Of a stretch of 64,000 bases of DNA, positions 36,892-45,353 are shown in pieces. Position numbers and translations under genes: made by a program. The DNA is from Saccharofermentanales bacterium (lineage in GTDB: Bacteria; Bacillota; Clostridia; Saccharofermentanales; UBA5734): the NCBI GenBank assembly GCA_038326615.1, contig JBBQKF010000002.1:1155-65154 (forward strand). Direction: 5' to 3'. Below the pieces are notes generated by a model, which was not told the origin of the DNA, made no database searches, and was given only the letters and a program-made list of their open reading frames with translations. Within the stretch, counting starts at the first letter, position 1. Each line of letters starts with the position of its first letter.

Positions 36892-39800
36892 TTATTCCCA
36901 ATCTCTGAATTTTTCCAGAAACGTATTGACTCTTGGTAAAAGGCTTTGAATATTTTTATTCTTTTGATATTCATTAATGCTTGCGGTAATAACTAAAATT
37001 CCGCCGATTACGGCAAGATAAATCCACCATTGCAGACTTAGCCAAAAATCCTTTGATTTAATGATAACAACTAAAACTACGACAATGCCACCAAAAAGAA
37101 GTGCGGATTTAGTTTTGAAAATACTGCCATAGATTAGAGAAAACAAAGCAAATCCTCCGATGATTAAAGCCTGCAGGACATTGTCCGATGACAGAAGACT
37201 AAGAATTATTATCGAATAACAAAAAGCCGGTATGATATACTCGAAAAGATTTAAACGAACTCCTCTGTATATCCATTTTATGCACGTGAAGGATAAAACA
37301 ATCAGAGGCAGAAAAACCACTTCGGTAAAGTAAATTGAAGGTATATTTAAAGTGGACACAAAGCAATAAAAGGGCCATAAAAGACTTGCTGCAAAAAGTG
37401 TGTTTCCAGGTCTGCAGTCATTTTGTGTTATCCTTTTACTATTGTAAAAAAACCAGATACTCCCTAAAACGCTAGGAATAAGAACACTCAAGGATTGAAT
37501 TTTAACCTCTTCATAATGATATGGCAAAATAAATATTGCAGCCAATGCGGTAATGCTATAAAAGTCTATATTTTCGCTACTGAAAAGCAATTTGCTACTA
37601 AGACGGCCTGCTGTCATCAATACAACGATCCCTGCAATAACAACAACTATACTGTATATGTTTGATTCCAATGTAATATTGATGAAAAAATACGTCGATA
37701 TAATATATAAAAGCATTGGTAAAAACAAAATTCCATTATATTTGACTTTTGATATGGCAACACATATTAGTGCAGAATATGCCAAAGAAATCGGATACAT
37801 ATACCATAGAAATTCACCTGCCAGAAAATAAAATTCTAAAATTATTCCAGCAGCCAGGAAACACATATAAATAACAATATTTCGTTTTATATTTATGCTT
37901 TTAATAAAAATAAATGAAAGTAAAAGTAAAAAGCCATTAATAAACAAAACAAATCGAAACAAGTCGATATGCATGTATGTAAATAATATGTTCGCCAGAT
38001 AAAATAACAAAACTGAGAATGTTAGAAGAAGTGCATTCAGCCAGAGATAAGAAAGGTTGCTATTTTTATGCCGGTATATACTATATGAATATACAACACA
38101 CATCAGAGTGAGACTAAGTGTTTGAATCTGCAATGTCTGTGAGGATAACAGCAATAATAAGCAAATAAATCCCGCTAAAATGTGACCAATGTAAAAAAAT
38201 GAATCTTTAAGTGATTTTAATTTCCCAGCAGCTGCAAATTGAAGGCAAAATACAATTAATGCGCATATAAAATAAAACCAAATGGCAGAAAAATCATTTA
38301 TACCGTATGAATATCTCATTAAGCTAAGGGCGCTCCAGATCGTAAAGGGAAGAAGATATGCAGTCGTAAGTTTAATGTATTTGTTTTGTGTTTTTATCCA
38401 TATAATAAAAATTTGGAATGAAAAAACAGCCGCTATTATCGGTAAACTGACAAATATACCTTTTTGGATTATACATAGGATAAAAACGAATATTGTGCTT
38501 AAAAAGGATGTTATTGCAACAGAAAAAGAGAATATCTTAAGCCGCGCAGATTTGTTGACACAATATCCTATTACAAAAAATATTGCAGTCATGGCCGTCA
38601 AATAATCAACTCTAATACTGAGATTTGTCCATAAATTAAGAACACTGAGCATTTCATAAATAACCACAAAAATTTGAATCGGAATAAATGCGCTTGCAAT
38701 TTTGAGATTTGCTTTGGAAAATAACAGTGCATAATTCATGATTAATAATATCAGATAGGCAATTCCCATATAAATTGCCGAATCATTTGAATGTATAAAT
38801 GGAATAGTTAATGCCAGGTATAAAAAAGAAATTGCCGTAGCTATACTACTCATGAGAACATAGTTTTTGTGTTTGAAAGTATCATTTTTATATATAAAAG
38901 CGACTGACGAAAAAACAAAACCGATTGAAGTAATTAGCAATAATGTGATATTTATATTATTTATACTTTGACTTAAAAGACATATTCCAATGCTAAAAAT
39001 CACTGCCGAAAAATAATCATATAATTGGTTCTTTTCCGTTATGGAAAGAGCAAATACAATGAGCGACAATATTAGAACATTTATTGAATACAACATATCG
39101 AAACTGAAGGACGTCATTGTGAATGCTATTGTTATCAAGAGATTTAACTGTATGAAAATTCCCAGATCTTTAAAAAACAGATTAATAATCTGAGACAAGT
39201 TTGCTTTGTATTTAAACAACAATAATAGCGCGTTAAATATAAAAAGTATCAGAACAAGCAATAAATGCGGCAAATACAGGCTTGCGATGATGAACGCAAA
39301 TAACAAACTGGAAATAGAAAGAGTAAGCCAACTGTAAATTCGGCTTTTATATTTATATGTGCTAAAAATATAAATAGGCAGACAAACTAAAATGCAAAAA
39401 ACACCGAACAGATACCTTCCATGACCAAACAATGAGTAATAATCCCCTAATAGTTTAAAAAAACCTATGGAAAGAAGTGACACAGGCAAAAACAGGCTGC
39501 CCATTATCCAAAAGGCGTCTGATGTTTTGTTGATTTTTAAAACATTCTTTGAAAAAATACTTACACCAAAGAAAAACAAGCTGACACAGAACAATAAAAT
39601 CACCTTTACAACATTACTAAAGGAACTCCATGTTGTTGTAGCAAATATCACTCCTGAAACAAGTAAGAGTATTACTCCTATATTTAATATCCACGAAAGA
39701 TTGCGTTCTCTTATTTGCTCTTTTGTCATTTGAACATTTATTATTTGTTTCGCAGGAACACTAGCAGTGTTTTCAACTTTTACGTTGTCATTTATATTAA

Positions 39801-40011
39801 CATCGGTATCTTTAAAGCTTTGATGTTTATATTCAGGGGTATTGCTTTGAACAATAATATTTTCATGCAATGAAACCTTCGAATCGAGGTGTTCTTTGTA
39901 TTTAAGATATTTTCTATATTTGATTTTGAGACTAGTTTCTTCGAATTTTCCGATATAGCCATGGGTATTCATTTCTTTAAGTATATTTTCAAAGTCATTC
40001 TCATTTTGCAT
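36892..40011 (-). CDS. large polytopic membrane protein of unknown function (1039 aa, about 30 hydrophobic segments, ~100-aa cytoplasmic N-domain)
   Basis: Uninterrupted 3.1-kb ORF in AT-rich DNA, GGGGG RBS, own TTGACA-17-TAAAAT promoter. I recognise no catalytic motif. The first TM region faintly resembles DUF2157-type proteins (low confidence). Confidence 0.8.
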   Translation of the reverse strand: MQNENDFENILKEMNTHGYIGKFEETSLKIKYRKYLKYKEHLDSKVSLHENIIVQSNTPEYKHQSFKDTDVNINDNVKVENTASVPAKQIINVQMTKEQIRERNLSWILNIGVILLLVSGVIFATTTWSSFSNVVKVILLFCVSLFFFGVSIFSKNVLKINKTSDAFWIMGSLFLPVSLLSIGFFKLLGDYYSLFGHGRYLFGVFCILVCLPIYIFSTYKYKSRIYSWLTLSISSLLFAFIIASLYLPHLLLVLILFIFNALLLLFKYKANLSQIINLFFKDLGIFIQLNLLITIAFTMTSFSFDMLYSINVLILSLIVFALSITEKNQLYDYFSAVIFSIGICLLSQSINNINITLLLITSIGFVFSSVAFIYKNDTFKHKNYVLMSSIATAISFLYLALTIPFIHSNDSAIYMGIAYLILLIMNYALLFSKANLKIASAFIPIQIFVVIYEMLSVLNLWTNLSIRVDYLTAMTAIFFVIGYCVNKSARLKIFSFSVAITSFLSTIFVFILCIIQKGIFVSLPIIAAVFSFQIFIIWIKTQNKYIKLTTAYLLPFTIWSALSLMRYSYGINDFSAIWFYFICALIVFCLQFAAAGKLKSLKDSFFYIGHILAGFICLLLLLSSQTLQIQTLSLTLMCVVYSYSIYRHKNSNLSYLWLNALLLTFSVLLFYLANILFTYMHIDLFRFVLFINGFLLLLSFIFIKSINIKRNIVIYMCFLAAGIILEFYFLAGEFLWYMYPISLAYSALICVAISKVKYNGILFLPMLLYIISTYFFINITLESNIYSIVVVIAGIVVLMTAGRLSSKLLFSSENIDFYSITALAAIFILPYHYEEVKIQSLSVLIPSVLGSIWFFYNSKRITQNDCRPGNTLFAASLLWPFYCFVSTLNIPSIYFTEVVFLPLIVLSFTCIKWIYRGVRLNLFEYIIPAFCYSIIILSLLSSDNVLQALIIGGFALFSLIYGSIFKTKSALLFGGIVVVLVVIIKSKDFWLSLQWWIYLAVIGGILVITASINEYQKNKNIQSLLPRVNTFLEKFRDWE

Positions 40012-40093
40012 CGATATTCCCCCTTGAAAGTTAACATAAGTATACTAGCAAATTTCCATTTTTATAACCAATTATGTTTTTTATTTAACTACT

Positions 40094-40122
40094 ATTTTAA
40101 ATTTGTGATTCATAAATGTCAA
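40094..40122 (-). promoter_or_regulatory. promoter of the 1039-aa membrane-protein gene
   Basis: The minus strand reads TTGACA (40122-40117), 17-nt spacer, TAAAAT (40099-40094), about 80 nt upstream of the ATG at 40011. Confidence 0.6.
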
Positions 40123-40130
40123 CTTGTAAT

Positions 40131-40193
40131 ATCAATCATCACATAACCAGTTTTATCAATCGTCTTATAACCTGCAACATCAATCATCACATA
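40131..40193. promoter_or_regulatory. three direct repeats in 24-bp phase, candidate activator (AraC-type) operator
   Basis: ATCAATCATCACATAACC (40131), ATCAATCGTCTTATAACC (40155), ATCAATCATCACATA (40179). The nearest repeat ends 8 bp from the -35 hexamer of the minus-strand promoter. Confidence 0.45.
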
Positions 40194-40491
40194 TTTAATA
40201 AAAATCTGTTTCTAAAGTTATTTACACACTAATAATAACAATAATTTAATAATAAACAAGTTGTGATTGCGAAATGGAAACAAAAAATTGTCATATGGAA
40301 ACCAAATTTTGTTTGTAATCGATTATAATAGTTTATATAATTGTTGAGTGGTGATATAAATCTAGTATTTAGTAAGTTTATAGATAATAATTACAATTGT
40401 TCAATTAACAATTGAAGTCAGTAAATTTGTGGATTGCAATGAATACCGATATATAAATGGTATCTTTAATTTTAATAGGGGGAGGACTTAA

Positions 40492-41901
40492 ATGAGAAAA
40501 AGTTTATGTGTTATTTTATCTATGTTTATAATTGCATCATTATTTGGATGTTCAAGAAATGAAGGTGGTGGGTCATCTTTGGAATCAATTTCTATCTCGG
40601 ATGTATTTGATTCATCGCCATTGCTAAGTTTAAGTGTTGCTTCAATTTATGACGAAAGAATATCAGAAAATTTAATGACTTCAGGCCAAAATTCTTCTGA
40701 TAAAGAAAACTCAACCAAATCAATTATTTCTTCTTCACTCACAAAATCTTCAGCTATCTCGGTTGCCGAAACTCAGATCCCTGCATATTTGCAAAGTCGT
40801 AAAGCCTCTAATATGACAGCTATAAAATCAAAAATCACCGAAAGATTTCAAAGTGTGGCATTTCAATTTGTTGAAAATCGTAATAAATATGAAGCTGGAA
40901 TATATTTACCTGAATTCTGGACTACAAAGGAGTCGGGCAAAATATACACACACGGGGATATCATAGCTAATAATATTGTTGTTGGTGAGTGCAGGGTAAA
41001 TATAAGTTTATTTTTAGATTGTCTGGATTGGACAATTGTTAAAGAAATAGACAGTAATGAAAAAATGCAGGTTTATTCTATGCAGGTAAAATATGAAAAT
41101 GCCTCTGTGGATATTTACAGAGCAGTCTGTAATGCTCAAAATATTTCTACGTTTATTGTTATTGACATAAGACAAGATGCGATGAATCTTGATCAATTTC
41201 AAAAACTTGTAAATAAGATTAGTGCAAGACATGATTTGAGTTCAAATAAAGCAGGAGCAATTGATTATTCAAATAAATCTGCAAAAATAATTATTCTTGG
41301 CAATAGCTTTATCGGAAGTTCAGAAATCCAATCTGTATTGCAGGAAATTATTTCAGCAAACAAAAAGAATCTTTTGATAGATGTTGAAAGTATAGGCTAT
41401 GCAAGCGTAAGAACTTTTGCGGATAATGAAGAAATCTCTAATCGCCTGCATAATGATTCATATGATTTCCTGTTTCTCTCAGGTTTTTATGGAAATGACG
41501 AAGTTTCTTTTAATAAGTTAATGAATATAAAAGCTGCTAGTACAAAAATGGTAATTTTCCCTGCACATAATGAATCACCCAATTCACCTTACGAGCAATT
41601 CATAATAAGCCCAAACGCAGGAATTGCAGACTGGAAAGGCTTTGTTGAGTCATTGCTTGATGCCGGTATTGATAAATTTCGTCTTTGCATTAACGATCAA
41701 TTCTTTCATTCAACAAATTTGGCTGGCTACGCGGGTGCTTGCCTTATTTATAGTTATTTATACAAATCGATACCTGTTTCTGGGACTATAGAAGCAAGAA
41801 TTGCCAGAGATCAACTCAATAATTATGGATTTGACTATGATGAAAGCATAAAATATATGGAGGAGATAAGAAAAAAGGCATACGAGTATTTATATAATTG
41901 A
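40492..41901 (+). CDS. lipoprotein of unknown function, C-terminal SGNH/DUF4886-like domain
   Basis: Signal peptide with lipobox (IIASLFG-C at residue 20) and GGGGGAGG RBS. The C-terminal half shows IIILGNSFIGSS...DQFFHSTNLAGYAGACLIY, reminiscent of the DUF4886 SGNH-like fold. Confidence 0.75.
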   Translation: MRKSLCVILSMFIIASLFGCSRNEGGGSSLESISISDVFDSSPLLSLSVASIYDERISENLMTSGQNSSDKENSTKSIISSSLTKSSAISVAETQIPAYLQSRKASNMTAIKSKITERFQSVAFQFVENRNKYEAGIYLPEFWTTKESGKIYTHGDIIANNIVVGECRVNISLFLDCLDWTIVKEIDSNEKMQVYSMQVKYENASVDIYRAVCNAQNISTFIVIDIRQDAMNLDQFQKLVNKISARHDLSSNKAGAIDYSNKSAKIIILGNSFIGSSEIQSVLQEIISANKKNLLIDVESIGYASVRTFADNEEISNRLHNDSYDFLFLSGFYGNDEVSFNKLMNIKAASTKMVIFPAHNESPNSPYEQFIISPNAGIADWKGFVESLLDAGIDKFRLCINDQFFHSTNLAGYAGACLIYSYLYKSIPVSGTIEARIARDQLNNYGFDYDESIKYMEEIRKKAYEYLYN

Positions 41902-42021
41902 AGATACATTTTTCATAAAAATGAACAAGTTTCAGGTATAATATGAAACAAGAAAATCACATTCGCGAAAAGATATCTTTCACGTTAATTAAGAATAAAA
42001 AAATATTTTGGAGGACAGAAT

Positions 42022-42261
42022 ATGCAAATACAAACTGCAATGAACATGCAACAACAAACAGCACCAGGTGCGGGCTTGAATTACTTCATGCCGCCATTTA
42101 TTTTTCTATTAATAATTATTTTAATTATTAATGGTAGCATTTGGTCATATGTAGTGGAAAAGTTAGCAAATATAAAAGGATGGTACGGATTTAGGATTTA
42201 TGGTTTTTTCTTTGGGATTATTGCATTAATATATGTTGCTGGATTACCGGAAAAGAAATAA
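42022..42261 (+). CDS. small membrane protein (79 aa, two TM segments)
   Basis: GGAGGA RBS 6 nt upstream of the ATG, with two clear hydrophobic helices. Preferred over the overlapping RBS-less ORF 41943..42131. Confidence 0.55.
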   Translation: MQIQTAMNMQQQTAPGAGLNYFMPPFIFLLIIILIINGSIWSYVVEKLANIKGWYGFRIYGFFFGIIALIYVAGLPEKK

Positions 42262-42412
42262 CTGTCAAAAAATAATTCGCAAACTTTAACCTAATTATAT
42301 AAAATTATATTTGGTTGTCGCCATGCAACTTATAGTTGACAAAAAACCAATTGTAGATGATAGTTAAATAATTGTTTTACTGTTATAATTTTTGTGAAAG
42401 AGGTGATGAAAA

Positions 42413-43219
42413 ATGACTTTATCCGAAAAAATACGATTTCTTAGAAAACAAAAAACACTTTCGCAAGAACAACTTGCAGAAAAACTTAATGTTTCACGTC
42501 AAGCGGTTTCTAAATGGGAAAGTAATCAATCTGTACCAGATGTCGACAAGATAATTGCTATAAGCAAAATATTTGAAGTTACTACTGATTATTTATTAAA
42601 AAATACTGATGAACAAAACCGAACTTTAAAAACTGAATTTTTTCAACACGAAAAAAACTTTGATAAAAAATTCATTTCAGGATTCATACTTTTTCCTTTA
42701 GGCGTGTTGTCAATAATAGTCATTTGGATTGTATTCATTAATACTAATAGAAATTATTTTTTTGAAAGAGGCAATATTAATTATCAGGGATTTAGTGCTT
42801 TTCTAAAAACATATGGTGGTTTAGAAATAATTTACTGTGCGTGTATTATAATGATATTTATCGGATTAATACTGATTTTCTACAAACAAGTGTCTTTTAT
42901 TATTAAAATTCATAGAGAAACAAAAATGAACAAGGAACAAATAATTGGTGTTTTAATACTCTTATTAACAATTGTCATATCTATAATTCCTGGTATTTTC
43001 CCCCCATTAAAAACAAGTCATTCAATTGCAAGTCATTTAACTGATTATAGCTCTATTACTTTTGGTAGTAATATTCATATGACTTATTTTTATTTTTGCA
43101 TAAACGTATCATTGTATTTACTTTCACTTTCCCTAATTCTATTTTCTCATATAAAAACATTATCAAAAATTATTTCTAAAAAGAAATCTGAGAACACAAG
43201 CAAAATTGCTGACGGTTAA
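42413..43219 (+). CDS. XRE-family HTH regulator fused to a multi-TM C-terminal domain
   Basis: N-terminal Cro/C1 HTH (LSQEQLAEKLNVSRQAVSKWESNQSVPDVDKI) followed by about 5 TM segments. GAGGTG RBS. Confidence 0.8.
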   Translation: MTLSEKIRFLRKQKTLSQEQLAEKLNVSRQAVSKWESNQSVPDVDKIIAISKIFEVTTDYLLKNTDEQNRTLKTEFFQHEKNFDKKFISGFILFPLGVLSIIVIWIVFINTNRNYFFERGNINYQGFSAFLKTYGGLEIIYCACIIMIFIGLILIFYKQVSFIIKIHRETKMNKEQIIGVLILLLTIVISIIPGIFPPLKTSHSIASHLTDYSSITFGSNIHMTYFYFCINVSLYLLSLSLILFSHIKTLSKIISKKKSENTSKIADG

Positions 43220-43257
43220 TGTGCGAAAAATAATCAAAAGGCATGAAGGGAGCAATA

Positions 43258-43329
43258 ATGAAATTTTTAATTACTTCAATTTGGACAATATTTAATATAT
43301 CAGCGTTATTGCTTATTATATATTTTTAG
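43258..43329 (+). CDS. possible 23-aa hydrophobic peptide
   Basis: Hand-found: AAGGGAG-5 nt-ATG, MKFLITSIWTIFNISALLLIIYF-stop. Only RBS spacing and hydrophobicity support it. Confidence 0.25.
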   Translation: MKFLITSIWTIFNISALLLIIYF

Positions 43330-43425
43330 TAAAGATTTTTAGAAAATATCCAAGTGAACAATAAGTAGATATAAGGAAATGAAATGCATTTTGAACATTA
43401 TAGAACGAAATGGAGGTCTAAATAC

Positions 43426-45168
43426 ATGGGAAAATCCATTGATTTTATACAACCGTCAGAGGTGGCGCCGATTAAAGAAGAAATAGAAGAGTTGATCCCT
43501 CGCACAAAAAATACGCTCGGGGTATTGTTTCTAATTCCAATAGTTACAGTGGTGCTGGTGGTTTTGATATTGCCGCTTATTAAAATTCTGGTTCGTGCCT
43601 TTACTGATTATAATGTTATTGAAGTTCCTAAATTTATCGGGTTCGAAAATTTTATAAACCTGTTTTCAGACGACGAAGTTTTTCAAATTGCATTAAGAAA
43701 CAATTTTGTAATTGCATTGTTTGTTACACTAATTGTCGGCACGCTGGCTTTTGTTATTTCGTGGCTGATTAGGCCAGCACATAAAGCTGTTCGATATACT
43801 ATTGTCTTGTTGTTTGATCTAGTTTCGATTTTTGTGCTAGCTGGGGGAATCAGCTTTTTGTTTAGCGGGGATGTATATGGTTTTATTAACAGTCGATTGA
43901 TCGAGGCGGGCAGTATTAAAGAGGCGATTCCATTTTTCTCAATGTATGCACAACAAATACAGCTGTTAATTATTTGCCTTATTCTTTTTGGCCCCATTCT
44001 TTCTGTGTTAAGTTTAATAAAAATGCGCGGGGTTTCAGGGAGTAAATTAATGAGACTATTATTTCCGCTTGAGCACAGTTTACAGATCTATTTAGCAGGC
44101 AGTTTGCCCATCTTAATCACACCGATTTGTTGGGGGGCCGTTATGTCAGCCGTCGGATTTCCCTCAACTGATTACTCTGCGCAAACGATAATTGATCATT
44201 TTATCGATTACGGTAGTATGCGATTTCAACTAGGATACGCTTCGGCAATCAGTGTAGTTTCTTTTGTTTTTACGGTCATATTCCTTATCATATTTTTTGT
44301 AATAAGTTTTGGCATTATGCATCTGATTGCGTTTATTAGAAGTGAAATTGCTCTTTCAAAATCTACCCAACACCAACAGACCCAAGTAAAAAAAATAAGC
44401 GCTTATGTTATAAGTGGAGTTATGATTTTCATTGCGCTGGTTTTGCTTTTTCCACTTTTAGTCTTGCTGATGAATTCCTTTAAAGATCTTTCTGAGGTTT
44501 TTGTCTTTCCCCCAAAAATCTTCCCCAAGAAATTTGACTTGCAAAACTATACTAATTTGTTCTCAATGGACATTGGGAACTACCGCTTCTCCAGCTGGTT
44601 GTTCAATATGGCCGTTGTTCCTTTTCTCCCTGCCTTTATTGTAACAATGGTGGGCGGTATATCAGCTTTCGGTGTCGGATATTTTGAATATAAAGCTCGT
44701 CGTGCTCTTTATTTACTCATCTTGCTATGTTTTGTGTTACTACCAACCACTATTTTACCGGATTATGCAAATAGATTTCTATCTAACAATTACCTGCTTT
44801 TAGGATTGTATGCGGTATTTTTTAGTGCAGCTCCACTGATTAGTTTTGTTTATTTCAAATCAGTTATTGAACGATCACGCCAATATGGTTACAACTTGAT
44901 TTCGGCGATGGTGCTTAACTGTATTCCGGTGTTTTTCATATCCTATTTGATGTGCTACGTAAATCCATTTGTGAACGGATTCTTATATGGTAAGGCAAGT
45001 TTTACAATACACTTTATATTTGTACCATTGGGTGGAAACGCTCGTATAGGTATTTCCTGGGCTGCTATATCTATTTTAACCGGAATAGCGTTTGGAGTAT
45101 TGTTGATTGCGGCTATAACTGCGATGATATTTTTCCCACGAAAAAAGAATTGCAAAAATGAACAGTGA
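43426..45168 (+). CDS. fused two-domain ABC-importer-type permease (MalF-like + MalG-like halves), highly divergent
   Basis: The first half shows the ..AFTDYNV...FIGFENFINLFSDDEVFQIALRNN pattern and the second half ..MNSFKDLSEV...FDLQNYTNLF. These are typical N-termini of carbohydrate-uptake permease pairs. ATG 43426 follows GGAGG. EAA loops are only degenerate. Confidence 0.6.
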   Translation: MGKSIDFIQPSEVAPIKEEIEELIPRTKNTLGVLFLIPIVTVVLVVLILPLIKILVRAFTDYNVIEVPKFIGFENFINLFSDDEVFQIALRNNFVIALFVTLIVGTLAFVISWLIRPAHKAVRYTIVLLFDLVSIFVLAGGISFLFSGDVYGFINSRLIEAGSIKEAIPFFSMYAQQIQLLIICLILFGPILSVLSLIKMRGVSGSKLMRLLFPLEHSLQIYLAGSLPILITPICWGAVMSAVGFPSTDYSAQTIIDHFIDYGSMRFQLGYASAISVVSFVFTVIFLIIFFVISFGIMHLIAFIRSEIALSKSTQHQQTQVKKISAYVISGVMIFIALVLLFPLLVLLMNSFKDLSEVFVFPPKIFPKKFDLQNYTNLFSMDIGNYRFSSWLFNMAVVPFLPAFIVTMVGGISAFGVGYFEYKARRALYLLILLCFVLLPTTILPDYANRFLSNNYLLLGLYAVFFSAAPLISFVYFKSVIERSRQYGYNLISAMVLNCIPVFFISYLMCYVNPFVNGFLYGKASFTIHFIFVPLGGNARIGISWAAISILTGIAFGVLLIAAITAMIFFPRKKNCKNEQ

Positions 45169-45353
45169 CATCGTTTATGGATTAGATACAGAAGGAGAAG
45201 ATTGCTATGACTGATCAATTATTAAATAAGATGGTTTGCTAGCAATCCTTGATTCCGGTGGTTACGTTTTTTGACAAATAATGGTATAATCTTATGAATA
45301 TATTTTAATGACAGACAAATTTCGCCACACAGTATGGCGCAGCGGAGGCCTTC

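Noticed and set aside
41943-42131. 62-aa ORF upstream of and overlapping the small membrane-protein gene
   Set aside because: No RBS and a non-hydrophobic, composition-driven product. The overlapping ORF at 42022 has a GGAGGA RBS and two clean TM helices.
45180-45353. Looked for a T-box or other leader upstream of metG
   Set aside because: No GGTGGTACCGCG-type T-box sequence and no terminator or antiterminator pair. Only a TGgTATAAT extended -10 (about 45282-45290) and a short CGCCA...TGGCG hairpin.
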